Source of the DNA: Escherichia phage AV112
DNA: 64,000 nt
Direction: 5' to 3' (one strand)
Sequence record: OR352942.1
Shown: one piece after another, positions 43,113 through 52,402 of the stretch
Position numbering within the stretch: the stretch's first letter is position 1
How the letters are laid out: each line of letters starts with the position of its first letter
Made by a program: the position numbers and the translations under genes
The notes under the pieces: generated by a model
Told to the model about the DNA's origin: nothing
The model's input: the letters and a program-made list of their open reading frames with translations, nothing else
Databases searched by the model: none

Positions 43113-43320
43113 TAAGTTGTACCATTTTCAGTGATTTCACGGAAGATACCATAGATAGGCATTTCATCACCGAGTTTTTCGTAAACGTAAACCACTTCAG
43201 TGTAGCATAAAAATTCTGTCCAGTTTTTCTGTACAACAACTAAATCAGGATTAAACAGAACATCTTCAAACTCATCGATGTTTGAATCAGTAGTTACGTT
43301 TTTAATGATTTGACGTTTCA
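43094..43320 (-). CDS. hypothetical protein (about 75 aa, start at internal ATG 43320)
   Basis: SD GAGGAG before ATG at 43320; upstream part of table ORF overlaps a promoter. Confidence 0.4.
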
Positions 43321-43349
43321 TAATATTCTCCTCTTGTTTTGATAGGTCT

Positions 43350-43379
43350 ATAGTATCATAGGCCATAGTTGTTGTACAT
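43350..43379 (-). promoter_or_regulatory. T4-type early promoter
   Basis: minus-strand TGTACA-type -35, 18 nt, TACTAT. Confidence 0.4.
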
Positions 43380-43903
43380 CATTTTAGCAAAATAAAATCA
43401 ACTTGTTCTGCCAATGAACGTCTGAACATTAATTGACAACTTCCGAGGATGAAATCAGGTGCTTCATAGACCGCGATGTAGTATCCTTTAGCTTTCAAGA
43501 GTTCAACATCCACCTGGTCATCAAACCATGCATAAACCGCGTCAACACTTTCAAATCCAAAATAGAGCCCTTTAGCCCAATCTTCACTCAATTCAAATGT
43601 TTGCTCAATTCTATAGTATCTTAAGATATTTTGTTCAAGGAGTTTGTCTTCATTTACTGTAGGACGATTAGGGACATTATAGTTGTCGCCGTGATGGTAG
43701 AAGTTACCTGAGAGTATTCCATGCTTATCAAGGAACTCCCATGTTTCTTCAGAGTTGTCGGTGCCCGTCCAACCGTATGGCGAACGAGGTTCTTTATTCC
43801 AAGAGGTTTCCCAAATTCTGACGGCTTTACCATCTTCGATAGCAATTCCTGGTAATGATTCACGTTGAGTACAAAAACTACGTTCTACGCGGTAAACTAA
43901 CAT
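43379..43903 (-). CDS. hypothetical protein (174 aa)
   Basis: ORF with GAGGAGA SD. Confidence 0.5.
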   Translation of the reverse strand: MLVYRVERSFCTQRESLPGIAIEDGKAVRIWETSWNKEPRSPYGWTGTDNSEETWEFLDKHGILSGNFYHHGDNYNVPNRPTVNEDKLLEQNILRYYRIEQTFELSEDWAKGLYFGFESVDAVYAWFDDQVDVELLKAKGYYIAVYEAPDFILGSCQLMFRRSLAEQVDFILLK

Positions 43904-43929
43904 ATTATTCTCCTCTGGTTGATATGGTT

Positions 43930-43958
43930 ATAATATCAAAACCAGAGGAGAAGTAAAC
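43930..43958 (-). promoter_or_regulatory. T4-type early promoter
   Basis: minus-strand GTTTAC, 17 nt, TATTAT. Confidence 0.45.
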
Positions 43959-43962
43959 AACT

Positions 43963-44382
43963 TTATGCAAAAGATGCTGGACAATATTTTTTGATTTGGA
44001 ACTCAGGAACTACCATGAACTGTCCAGCGAAAACGATGTTATAAAGCTTAACACCATCTTCTACCCATTGGTCCGAAATAAAACCAGCAACTTGATTCGT
44101 TGTCCATGGAGACCCGTCAGTTGCAGAAGCAATAGTAAATTCATGGTCTTTTACAACTAAAACAGACCTGCATAGTTTCCATTTGAACGCTTTTTCTTCT
44201 GATTCAATGAATTGGCTTTTAACATAACCAATGTTACCATCGGCGTCACGAACTTTAACTTCGTTACGTCCAAAAACCGGATCACTCACAGAAAGAACTT
44301 CAACCAACTTCCCGGCAACTTTAGAGCGAGAAGCAACAGATACATATACGTAATCACCTGTAGAGAGATTTACAATATTCAT
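43963..44382 (-). CDS. paralogue A of a three-member tandem family (139 aa)
   Basis: shares C-terminal GFISDQWVEDG.KLYNIVF.G.F.VV and N-terminal SRSK.AG.LVEV with 44392..44847. Confidence 0.55.
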   Translation of the reverse strand: MNIVNLSTGDYVYVSVASRSKVAGKLVEVLSVSDPVFGRNEVKVRDADGNIGYVKSQFIESEEKAFKWKLCRSVLVVKDHEFTIASATDGSPWTTNQVAGFISDQWVEDGVKLYNIVFAGQFMVVPEFQIKKYCPASFA

Positions 44383-44391
44383 AATAATTCC

Positions 44392-44847
44392 TTAAGCTTT
44401 AAGAGGAGACACATAGCGAGTGATTTCAGATTCTTTAACAACTCGGAAGTCACCTAAGAATACGATATTGTATAACTTTTCGCCATCTTCAACCCATTGG
44501 TCACTAATGAAGCCACACATAGTATCAGTTTTGCTTGGATAACCGTATTCGTCGATGTAATCAAATTCTTTATCGGTTATAAATTCAACGCCTTTGCAAA
44601 GAGCCCATTTGAACTGTACATTAGGTTCAGTAGAAGCAAAATGAGCGCTCACACGAGTTTCCAGGAATTTAGGACTTACGTAAGCGTACTGAGTATCCTG
44701 ACGTCCAAAACTAGGAATGATTCGAACTTTAACTTCTTTAATGCGTCCCATGCCATTTGTGCGAAGTCCGACAACTTCAACCAGACGACCTGCGGCTTTA
44801 GACCGGGATGCAGTTGATACACGCTTAATTTCACCAATAGTAATCAT
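44392..44847 (-). CDS. paralogue B of tandem family (about 151 aa from ATG 44847)
   Basis: same conserved termini as paralogue A. Confidence 0.55.
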   Translation of the reverse strand: MITIGEIKRVSTASRSKAAGRLVEVVGLRTNGMGRIKEVKVRIIPSFGRQDTQYAYVSPKFLETRVSAHFASTEPNVQFKWALCKGVEFITDKEFDYIDEYGYPSKTDTMCGFISDQWVEDGEKLYNIVFLGDFRVVKESEITRYVSPLKA

Positions 44848-44877
44848 AATTTTTCTCTCTTTGTTTAAGTTGAATTC

Positions 44878-44907
44878 ATTATACTCCATCCGTCCTTGGA
44901 TGTACAA
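44878..44907 (-). promoter_or_regulatory. T4-type early promoter (duplicated module)
   Basis: minus-strand TTGTAC, 18 nt, TATAAT; near-identical to 45435..45464. Confidence 0.45.
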
Positions 44908-44909
44908 CA

Positions 44910-45404
44910 TTAATTTAGAATATTAACTACTGCACTACGTGGAACCACACTAAAATCACCGGCATGAACAACGTTCAGAAGTTCAACACCGTCTTCAATC
45001 CACTGGTCAGTTACCCATCCATTTACTGGACCATCGAATGGGCGTCGAATTGAAACATATTTACACAATAAATCAGTAGGCTCAATAGGCTTAATCAGAG
45101 TACCGTACATACAAACGATATCCATATCAAAGTGGAGACCATCTTTAACAGGTGCTTCTTCAATCAACAGTTCAAAGTCAGTGCTTGGAAGGGCAGTAGT
45201 AGAAATTGTACCGTATGAATTTTTAATTTCTAAGAATAACCAAGGGCCTTCAACTTGTTTAATGAAGTTAACAATAGTGAAACTATTACCTTGAGTGGCG
45301 CCTAAAATTTCACAAAACTTTTCATAAGCTCGCACTGAAGCACCGTACCAGTTGATTTGTTTTTCGTCTTTCAGGATGTAAGTAGCCGTAGTATTGATAT
45401 TCAT
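44910..45404 (-). CDS. paralogue C of tandem family (about 165 aa from ATG 45404)
   Basis: C-terminal GWVTDQWIEDGVELLNVVHAGDFSVV matches family motif. Confidence 0.5.
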   Translation of the reverse strand: MNINTTATYILKDEKQINWYGASVRAYEKFCEILGATQGNSFTIVNFIKQVEGPWLFLEIKNSYGTISTTALPSTDFELLIEEAPVKDGLHFDMDIVCMYGTLIKPIEPTDLLCKYVSIRRPFDGPVNGWVTDQWIEDGVELLNVVHAGDFSVVPRSAVVNILN

Positions 45405-45434
45405 AATGTTTTCCCGTTTGGTTAAGATAGAAAG

Positions 45435-45464
45435 ATTATACTCCAACCATCCTTGGTTGTAAAC
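45435..45464 (-). promoter_or_regulatory. T4-type early promoter (duplicated module)
   Basis: minus-strand GTTTAC, 18 nt, TATAAT. Confidence 0.45.
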
Positions 45465-45468
45465 TGTT

Positions 45469-46146
45469 TTATCGCTGTTTTACACTTAACGGGTCAGGAT
45501 TCTCAGGGACATCTTCAAGGCCAAGCGCATAACGCTGAGCATATTTTAACATCAAAATATCTTTAGCACAATCATGAATACTATCATGGGCAACGAATCC
45601 TTTTAGCGTACCCATCGGTAATGGACACATACTTAATCCTCGTGTCAACGAGTAAGCTTCGATTGCCGTACGAATATCGCGTTGAGCCCAGAATTTAACC
45701 GGTTCTAATTTATCAGTATCAATATCTGGTTCAAGAACACCTTCATCACGATAGAGGTCACGAATCAAATCGACCAATATCGGGAAGTCAAAGCTCATAC
45801 CACGGCACCACATCTGTGATTTCCATTGGTCAACTTTATTAGCTCGGCAATAATCTAAAAAGATTTTAATGCCTTCAAGCGTAGTGACATCGTCTTCAGA
45901 CGGAGCCAAGTTTTTACGTGCTTCAGCCGATTGTTCTTTCCACCATTTCATAGTGGATTTAGCAAAAACTCGCTTCCCTTTCTGAGAAGCCAAATTAAAT
46001 TTAATTCGCTTACCTCGTTGAACAAGTTCTTCAAATGATTCAACAACTTCAGGGTCGGAATTATATGCAATAACCGCAAGGTCAATAACAGCCGCTTTTG
46101 ATGTATTGCCGAATGTTTCAAAATCTATAATAACATCAGTGCTCAT
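45469..46146 (-). CDS. dexA: exonuclease A (DnaQ-like 3'-5' exonuclease)
   Basis: DFETFG DEDD motif; start at ATG 46146 (MSTDV) with SD; about 225 aa. Confidence 0.85.
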   Translation of the reverse strand: MSTDVIIDFETFGNTSKAAVIDLAVIAYNSDPEVVESFEELVQRGKRIKFNLASQKGKRVFAKSTMKWWKEQSAEARKNLAPSEDDVTTLEGIKIFLDYCRANKVDQWKSQMWCRGMSFDFPILVDLIRDLYRDEGVLEPDIDTDKLEPVKFWAQRDIRTAIEAYSLTRGLSMCPLPMGTLKGFVAHDSIHDCAKDILMLKYAQRYALGLEDVPENPDPLSVKQR

Positions 46147-46157
46147 AATTTTCTCTC

Positions 46158-47471
46158 TCAAATAAAATGGACGTCAAACCGACCACGAGTTGTGCCGACA
46201 TACAATAACTGTTTAGCTAATTCTGAATCGGCATAATGGATACACGGTGTATAAACAAAGGCCGTGTCAACAGACATACCCTGGGCCTTATGGAAGGTCG
46301 ATACTGGTAGTGCCTTCACCTTAGTGAACATACGTTTAGCATCCCAGAATTCGCTCCATGGAGCTTTACCACCTTTATTCCAAAATTTGTATGTTTCTGC
46401 GGTCTTAGCCAAAAACAAATTGAATTTATAAAGCTCTTCTTCAGAAGAAATAACCTTTATATCTTCGCGGATGTATTCTTCGTCGTCCCCATATGTTTCT
46501 ACTGTAAGATTCCAGTATCGTATCATATATTCGCCTGAAACACCACGTGCTTTAACAAATGTAGACGTTTCTACAGCATCTCGAATACGAACGAATTGGC
46601 CGTTATTGAAAAGCATTTCGGTAATATTTTTACCATCTAGCTTATATGTCTTAGTAAATGGCTCCTGTAGAACAATGACTTCGTCTTTAATAAATGGTTT
46701 TTCTGTTTCAAGAAGTTTTCGTCGAATAATTGAATTTAACTTGTCCACTGACTTATTTGTGAATGCCATCATTCGATTTTCGAAAAGGTCTTCAGGAGTT
46801 TTAACGACGTTAAAATAGTTCATCATATACGATTTAAGGTCTGTATATCCATGAACACCGTGCCCATCAACTACTTTATCGTAAATCCATTTGCCGTTAC
46901 GAATATCAGTCGCAACATCAATAATTGGTGCGTTGCTACGTTTAACTTCTGTAAGGTTGCATTGCACGAAGTCTTTGTGAGTGAAGAAAGGACTTAGATA
47001 CGCAGTTGATTCGCCTGGGTCTACCGGACGAATCTGGCATCGGTCGCCGATTCCAATTACTGTACACCATTTAGGGATACTAGCTAACATTATTTTAAAC
47101 AGAGAACGGTCGCACATTGACGCTTCATCAAATAACAGTACACGACACAAGGCTAAGTCGGGAACCTTTTTCTGTTCAAACAATACGTTTTCTTCGTATG
47201 TAGTTGGGTTGATTTTAAGAATGCTATGAATAGTCGATGCTTCTTGACCCGCAAGTTTGCTTAGAACCTTTTTAGCAGCATGTGTAGGGGCTGCTAAAAT
47301 AATACCTGATTCTCCAGAAGAAATAAGGGCTTCAACGATGAATCTAGTAAGGGTTGTTTTACCTGTACCGGCAGGCCCATTAATAGTTACGTGATGTTTC
47401 TTTTCTTTAATAGCGTTCATAACAACGTTGAAGGCGTTTTTCTGGCCTTCGGTCAAATCATCAAATGTCAT
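46158..47471 (-). CDS. dda: Dda DNA helicase (SF1B)
   Basis: 437 aa, Walker A GPAGTGKTT, near-colinear with T4 Dda. Confidence 0.92.
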   Translation of the reverse strand: MTFDDLTEGQKNAFNVVMNAIKEKKHHVTINGPAGTGKTTLTRFIVEALISSGESGIILAAPTHAAKKVLSKLAGQEASTIHSILKINPTTYEENVLFEQKKVPDLALCRVLLFDEASMCDRSLFKIMLASIPKWCTVIGIGDRCQIRPVDPGESTAYLSPFFTHKDFVQCNLTEVKRSNAPIIDVATDIRNGKWIYDKVVDGHGVHGYTDLKSYMMNYFNVVKTPEDLFENRMMAFTNKSVDKLNSIIRRKLLETEKPFIKDEVIVLQEPFTKTYKLDGKNITEMLFNNGQFVRIRDAVETSTFVKARGVSGEYMIRYWNLTVETYGDDEEYIREDIKVISSEEELYKFNLFLAKTAETYKFWNKGGKAPWSEFWDAKRMFTKVKALPVSTFHKAQGMSVDTAFVYTPCIHYADSELAKQLLYVGTTRGRFDVHFI

Positions 47472-47779
47472 CGTAAAGTCCCTGCAATTGGAATACTAAC
47501 AATACGGCCTGTGTCCAGGATTCGTTGATATAATTTTTGCGTCTCCGCATCTAGTTTAATGTGTTTCATTTCAAGCTTATTAAACCAGAACTTACGCGGA
47601 GTTTCGACCATTCTTAGAACTCCCATTTTTAAATCTGTTTTATACTGTGTTTTCAAAGTATCGAAAACTTTATCTGCAATATCCTTTCTAAAAAATACTG
47701 CAGGACGATGCTCATCAAGTGGAACCGGAACAGTAAATCCTTCCATATCTCGATAAACTATTGCATATACATAAACCAT
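47468..47779 (-). CDS. hypothetical protein (103 aa)
   Basis: ORF, ATGA overlap with dda. Confidence 0.5.
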   Translation of the reverse strand: MVYVYAIVYRDMEGFTVPVPLDEHRPAVFFRKDIADKVFDTLKTQYKTDLKMGVLRMVETPRKFWFNKLEMKHIKLDAETQKLYQRILDTGRIVSIPIAGTLR

Positions 47780-47781
47780 AA

Positions 47782-48528
47782 TTAACCTTTAATCAGTTGG
47801 AATAATGATGCGCTAAGTGGTAAGCCACGTTTCAATTTTAATTTACCAATTAAACCAATCTTTTCAAAACGTTGCAGACCTTGGATAACTTTATCATATG
47901 TATCGAAAAGCGATTCAGCGTCAGTTAATTTAGTTTTAGTTTTCCAGTCAGAGCCTTTAAGAAGAACGTTGAGTTTAGTAAGTTCATGGCCTTCTGCTTG
48001 ATGTGAGCCATTAATGCGTGCTTTCAAAGCAACAATTCTAAGTTTAGATTCGTTAGATAAAGGTTGATTTTTCATCATGTTCGCCATATGCTTAACACGG
48101 TTTTCACGTTTTGCTCGGATTTTTAAAATAGTACCATAAACCTTTTTAATTTGGGCCCATTTCTTCTCGTCGAGATTAAGTTTCTCTACTTTACGGGCAG
48201 AAGGATTAGCGATACGTCTTGCAATGGCATCACGTTTCTCAATAAGTTCTTCTAATGTTAAATCAGAACGAGCCGTGTTATATTTTTTCTTAACTGGGAT
48301 AACATTACCTTTAATGTAGCCGATATCGTTATTAAAACGTTCTAAGGATAATTTCTCACCTTCAACAGAGTTATTGAAAGATTCACCTGAGTAAGCGCAG
48401 ACCTTTTGATCAAGAATGTTTTTAAGGTAATTAAAGTCTAAGTTAAAATCCTTAGAGCGTCTCTTTGCAGAAGCTCTGGTGTGGTCAAGACGACGATTGA
48501 TTTTGTTAATTTTATTATTTGATAACAT
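47782..48528 (-). CDS. srd: Srd-like protein (248 aa)
   Basis: size and position after dda as in T4; basic helical protein. Confidence 0.45.
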   Translation of the reverse strand: MLSNNKINKINRRLDHTRASAKRRSKDFNLDFNYLKNILDQKVCAYSGESFNNSVEGEKLSLERFNNDIGYIKGNVIPVKKKYNTARSDLTLEELIEKRDAIARRIANPSARKVEKLNLDEKKWAQIKKVYGTILKIRAKRENRVKHMANMMKNQPLSNESKLRIVALKARINGSHQAEGHELTKLNVLLKGSDWKTKTKLTDAESLFDTYDKVIQGLQRFEKIGLIGKLKLKRGLPLSASLFQLIKG

Positions 48529-48577
48529 AATATTTTCCTCTGTCTTACGGACGTTAGGTCATTTAGCTGATAGGGTT

Positions 48578-48606
48578 ATAATATCATGCCCTCAGGTAGT
48601 GTACAC
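48578..48606 (-). promoter_or_regulatory. T4-type early promoter for srd
   Basis: minus-strand GTGTAC, 17 nt, TATTAT. Confidence 0.4.
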
Positions 48607-48680
48607 TCTTTTTTCGTAAAATGCTTTAATTTTTTATGTGTTATAATGGTTCTGAGTTCCATCCGGTTATTCCAATCCGG

Positions 48681-49289
48681 TCAGTAACCGACAATAGACA
48701 GATTCCAGATTGTATAACGTCCATCTTGAATAATAGAATCTACACGCAGTGTAGTCCCTATAGGGAGCATAAATTCACATTCGTCAGATATAAGTCTAGC
48801 ATTAGACCGTCTTGTCGCTTCAGGGAAAGCTCCATTGAACTCACAAGATGGTGCAGCCAGAATCATATTAAGCATATGTTCACGGAAGTTGAAAGCAAAT
48901 GGTGCATCTTTGATGCAGAACATATTAAATGTTCCATAAAAATTATATGAAGCGAAGTTACGTGCTACACCAAACACCGGACTAAAGCTCATTACTCTGT
49001 CAAATTTAATAATACTACCAATGCCTTTATCATCGAGTGTGGCCATAGTTTTCTTAGAGATTCCACGATACATTGTCTCAGGAACAGAAGACGTCCAATT
49101 TCTACGAACAATTGCACTTAAATCTTGTTGGATGCTGTCTGGCTTGTTTTCCATACATTGCCATAGTACACTTTGTTCAATGTCGCTGAATTGCTCATCG
49201 ATTTTGTACTGAAGCATATCTTGATAATCCGGGCATTGAGCACGTCGAACCATTTCTTCAATTTCACACTCGTTATACGGCATAAACAT
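48681..49289 (-). CDS. modA: ADP-ribosyltransferase ModA-like
   Basis: 202 aa; R-S-ExE ART motifs (MYRGIS, SFSP, DECE); synteny. Confidence 0.6.
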   Translation of the reverse strand: MFMPYNECEIEEMVRRAQCPDYQDMLQYKIDEQFSDIEQSVLWQCMENKPDSIQQDLSAIVRRNWTSSVPETMYRGISKKTMATLDDKGIGSIIKFDRVMSFSPVFGVARNFASYNFYGTFNMFCIKDAPFAFNFREHMLNMILAAPSCEFNGAFPEATRRSNARLISDECEFMLPIGTTLRVDSIIQDGRYTIWNLSIVGY

Positions 49290-49317
49290 TTAGATTTCTC
49301 CTGTGGTTGATAAAGGT

Positions 49318-49347
49318 ATAGTATCATCATCGGAAGAGTTTGTACAC
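49318..49347 (-). promoter_or_regulatory. T4-type early promoter
   Basis: minus-strand GTGTAC, 18 nt, TACTAT. Confidence 0.4.
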
Positions 49348-49928
49348 TAAAAATTCAACATTTTCAAATGAATGATTTTGTATAATCGAGATAAAGGGTC
49401 ATATTCTAAGTCTTCAATTTTCACAATCTCAAATCTAGAGATACCTGAGACCATGTACTCTTGTTCAGATTCAATCATATCTAGGACATCGATACGAGTT
49501 TCTTCCATAACATGCTTAGGGTTCTTTCCGGCAAGTACAATGTTAACCATGTTTTGGTAGTAATCAAAAATGAATGGAGCATTCCTGAGACTAAGAATAG
49601 TGTACGTCTGATATTCCCAGCTCCCGGAGAATTGACGAGCTGTACTGAAATCAGTTGTGAACGATGTTACTCGTCCAGGAGACCAATGACATCCAACAGA
49701 AAGAAGGGAAAGACGTTCTACTTCTTCTGGAGTTACACCGCGGTAGAGTTCTACTGGTACTGTAGAAGTCATATGCTTACGAACAAGATGGTCTAATTCA
49801 TAGTGGAAATCCGGGTCTTCCTTAGAATCAGTGCAAGCCCAGAGAATGTTTTGTTCTTGGCGGGTGAATTTGCTATCAATCAGATTTGTTAGGTATTCAC
49901 GTTCTTGAAGTTCAGATTGACATGTCAT
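49347..49928 (-). CDS. modB: ADP-ribosyltransferase ModB-like
   Basis: 193 aa paralogue of ModA-like (LYRGV, S-T-T, EQE). Confidence 0.6.
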   Translation of the reverse strand: MTCQSELQEREYLTNLIDSKFTRQEQNILWACTDSKEDPDFHYELDHLVRKHMTSTVPVELYRGVTPEEVERLSLLSVGCHWSPGRVTSFTTDFSTARQFSGSWEYQTYTILSLRNAPFIFDYYQNMVNIVLAGKNPKHVMEETRIDVLDMIESEQEYMVSGISRFEIVKIEDLEYDPLSRLYKIIHLKMLNF

Positions 49929-49954
49929 GATAGACCTCCATTTAAAGATAAGCC

Positions 49955-49984
49955 TATCATAACACGAGAGGAGGGAATGTAAAC
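49955..49984 (-). promoter_or_regulatory. T4-type early promoter
   Basis: minus-strand GTTTAC, 17 nt, TATGAT. Confidence 0.4.
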
Positions 49985-50144
49985 TACTTTTTAAGCTTTC
50001 CTACTAAAGGTCCATCAGGGCCGGGTTGTTCTAACATGAATAAGGATGCTTTAAAAAGCAATGTCAGCCCTTTCACCATTCGATACCATGTCTCAAAGTC
50101 TTTTTCCTTGATTTCTAGTAAGAATTTCTCTTTAAATTTCTCTT

Positions 50145-50333
50145 TCATTTCCAAGGACTCCATGGTGGAGGGTCGTCATAATAAGAGGCAAGGTCTTTCA
50201 GGGCTTCAACAGGTAAACTAAAGCCGTGACGTTGTATAATACTATCTAGTTCATCAACAAGTTCACTACGATGCACTTTAGGAGCCTCAACTTCGGGCTC
50301 ATCAAACATACTCATCAAGTCCATATTATTCAC
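50145..50333 (-). CDS. hypothetical protein (62 aa)
   Basis: small ORF. Confidence 0.4.
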   Translation of the reverse strand: MNNMDLMSMFDEPEVEAPKVHRSELVDELDSIIQRHGFSLPVEALKDLASYYDDPPPWSPWK

Positions 50334-50790
50334 CGAGATAAAAACTAGCAGGTTCAGAGAATGTTTCTAGTGCTACGCCTTTTGTCTTAAAAAATTTCCA
50401 AATAGCTCGTTGCAAATGGATTAAATCTGCTAATGATGTAATAAAGTATTTTTTAGCAAAATACTTATGGTCTCGTTTTTCAAACAAATCTAAACGCTTT
50501 TCTGGATTCACATAAACGGCATTTTCCGTAGATTCATAACCTAAGTCCTTTATGCCTTCTTCAAGACTAAATGGAGAATTTTTAGAATGAGTAATAGCTC
50601 CAACTCGCTCTACACGAATTTTGTAACCTTTAGGAATCTGCAATTTGCAGAATTCTTCTACGATATATTGCGGATTATTTAGACTTTTGTTAATGAGAAT
50701 AGCTATTTCTAGTGGAGTCTTATCTTCTACTGGTATATGTTTAAACGACTTGGCTTCAAGCAAATACATTTTAAATAACATAGCATCCAT
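50326..50790 (-). CDS. hypothetical protein (154 aa)
   Basis: ORF in modB-soc interval. Confidence 0.5.
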   Translation of the reverse strand: MDAMLFKMYLLEAKSFKHIPVEDKTPLEIAILINKSLNNPQYIVEEFCKLQIPKGYKIRVERVGAITHSKNSPFSLEEGIKDLGYESTENAVYVNPEKRLDLFEKRDHKYFAKKYFITSLADLIHLQRAIWKFFKTKGVALETFSEPASFYLGE

Positions 50791-50996
50791 TATAATTTCC
50801 TCGATGGTTCACCCATATAAAGTTTTACAATACGTTCGCCTTCATCTTCGATGAGCTTCTCTTCGTGTTTCTGGAATTCTTTAGCCATATTCTCTTCAAG
50901 AACATCCAGCCAATCTTCCGGACCGACACCATCGTCCCAGCTTTTAAACCATCTTACCACTCTGTTCATTCGCAGCTCCCTGAGCTTGAACCACAA
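50790..50996 (-). CDS. hypothetical protein (68 aa or shorter)
   Basis: small ORF. Confidence 0.4.
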   Translation of the reverse strand: MWFKLRELRMNRVVRWFKSWDDGVGPEDWLDVLEENMAKEFQKHEEKLIEDEGERIVKLYMGEPSRKL

Positions 50997-51289
50997 TCAG
51001 AATAACTTGTCCCAGAATCACCAGGCCAAGACGATACGTATGAATGATTATAATCGGAAGAGCTTGAAGCATTAACCTGTTTTGTTTTTGGACGAACAAC
51101 TTCTTCCATCATTCCGTCGCCGATATATTCCCAACTTTTTTCGTGTGTATCAGGAATAGGCATCATACCTTCGCCTGGTTTAACAGCAAACAACTTCTTC
51201 AGCATCGTAAGCATTAATTGTTCCTCGAACAAAACGAACACCACCATCGTCCCAACGGATTTCGGCGTTAAATTTGACGTCTTCACCAT
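50966..51289 (-). CDS. hypothetical Ser-rich protein (start uncertain)
   Basis: ORF with Ser/Gly/Cys-rich C-terminus; overlaps neighbours. Confidence 0.35.
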   Translation of the reverse strand: MVKTSNLTPKSVGTMVVFVLFEEQLMLTMLKKLFAVKPGEGMMPIPDTHEKSWEYIGDGMMEEVVRPKTKQVNASSSSDYNHSYVSSWPGDSGTSYSDCGSSSGSCE

Positions 51290-51476
51290 CCATCATGAAT
51301 GAGTGTACGACTACATCATCGTAATATCCAAGACCGTATTTCAACGAAACTTCTTGAGCAATCAAAGCACCTAATGTGTTATTAGGTTTAATCCAACGAT
51401 TTAACATATTGTTCTCCTCTTGAGTAAGTAAGAATATCTTAACACAGTTTTTAGTGTTTGTAAACTGTAGAAACAA
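51180..51476 (-). CDS. hypothetical protein (start uncertain)
   Basis: ORF; likely starts at internal Met. Confidence 0.35.
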   Translation of the reverse strand: MFLQFTNTKNCVKIFLLTQEENNMLNRWIKPNNTLGALIAQEVSLKYGLGYYDDVVVHSFMMDGEDVKFNAEIRWDDGGVRFVRGTINAYDAEEVVCC

Positions 51477-51480
51477 AAAA

Positions 51481-51500
51481 AGGAATCCCGAAGGATTCCT
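51481..51500 (-). terminator. UUCG-tetraloop hairpin terminator after soc
   Basis: AGGAAUCC-UUCG-GGAUUCCU then UUUUUUU on minus RNA. Confidence 0.7.
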
Positions 51501-51508
51501 TAAATTAT

Positions 51509-51745
51509 TTAACCACTTACTGGTGTAGGGGTAAACATTGCAGCATTCTTAGTTTTCCAATCAGCTGCATCAGAAACTACAGTAGAATATGCTGCCTTTT
51601 CTGATGGAAAGATTTGGTAATGAGAATCTGCAATCCGATGTTCGTTTGAATAAATCTCAAACGGCACAGAAACTTCCATACCTTTAACTTCTTTGCCTTC
51701 ACCAGCAGGATGCGTAAAGGTTTTGATGTTTACATAACCACCCAT
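51509..51745 (-). CDS. soc: small outer capsid protein Soc
   Basis: 78 aa, matches T4 Soc (GYVNIKTF, YQ.FPSEKAAYSTV). Confidence 0.85.
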   Translation of the reverse strand: MGGYVNIKTFTHPAGEGKEVKGMEVSVPFEIYSNEHRIADSHYQIFPSEKAAYSTVVSDAADWKTKNAAMFTPTPVSG

Positions 51746-51776
51746 AATTAACTCCTTTGTTGTTTAATTACAGGTG

Positions 51777-51784
51777 TATTTATA
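51777..51784 (-). promoter_or_regulatory. late promoter TATAAATA for soc
   Basis: exact TATAAATA on minus strand 32 nt upstream of soc ATG. Confidence 0.65.
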
Positions 51785-51790
51785 ACTTAA

Positions 51791-52312
51791 TCAGTAACCA
51801 TTATCCTGGCGTTCAAAGTTGTGTTGGTTTTTCAAGTAGTAAAGTTTAAAGATTTCTTCAGCGGAAAGACCCAGACCTTGGAACATGTTCAGGACAAAGT
51901 GGAGGATATCAATCATCTCGAATTTAATTTCAAGCTGGTCTTCAGGAGACAGTTCATCGATACGACGATTTCGATATTCAGCATGTTGAGCTTTCCAAGG
52001 CTTCCATACAGAGCTAGCGGCTTTTTCACCATTGCTCATACCACCAAGTGAAGTCAACAGTTCACGGAATTCATCATCAATATAATCTTTCTGATTACGC
52101 AGCCAATCAACAACATCGCCAGCAGTGGCTAATTCATCAGGATGTTTGTTATGTTCAGGCTTGTCATTTGCCAGACGAACCTGTAAAGATTTCTGCATAT
52201 CAAGCATTACCTGCAGAGGGTCTTTATCTTCGTGAATCAGAGCATTAAAATAAGCTTCTTCTGCTTTATCAACACCAGAAATAAGTTGTGAACATTCGTT
52301 AAAGTGTGCCAT
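51791..52312 (-). CDS. 56: gp56 dCTPase/dUTPase (MazG-like)
   Basis: start at ATG 52312 (MAHFNEC) with SD; about 173 aa. Confidence 0.8.
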   Translation of the reverse strand: MAHFNECSQLISGVDKAEEAYFNALIHEDKDPLQVMLDMQKSLQVRLANDKPEHNKHPDELATAGDVVDWLRNQKDYIDDEFRELLTSLGGMSNGEKAASSVWKPWKAQHAEYRNRRIDELSPEDQLEIKFEMIDILHFVLNMFQGLGLSAEEIFKLYYLKNQHNFERQDNGY

Positions 52313-52402
52313 TATTTTTCCTTTCAATTCAGTATAAGAGAGTTTAATTCTAACATTAATTTTATAAAGCGTAATAAATAATAAGGTAACTAAGGAGATA
52401 TT

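Noticed and set aside
52327-52402. Possible late promoter upstream of the plus-strand small ORF (sequence TAATAAATAA)
   Set aside because: It is not an exact TATAAATA; the T4 late-promoter core is stringent, so it is not called.
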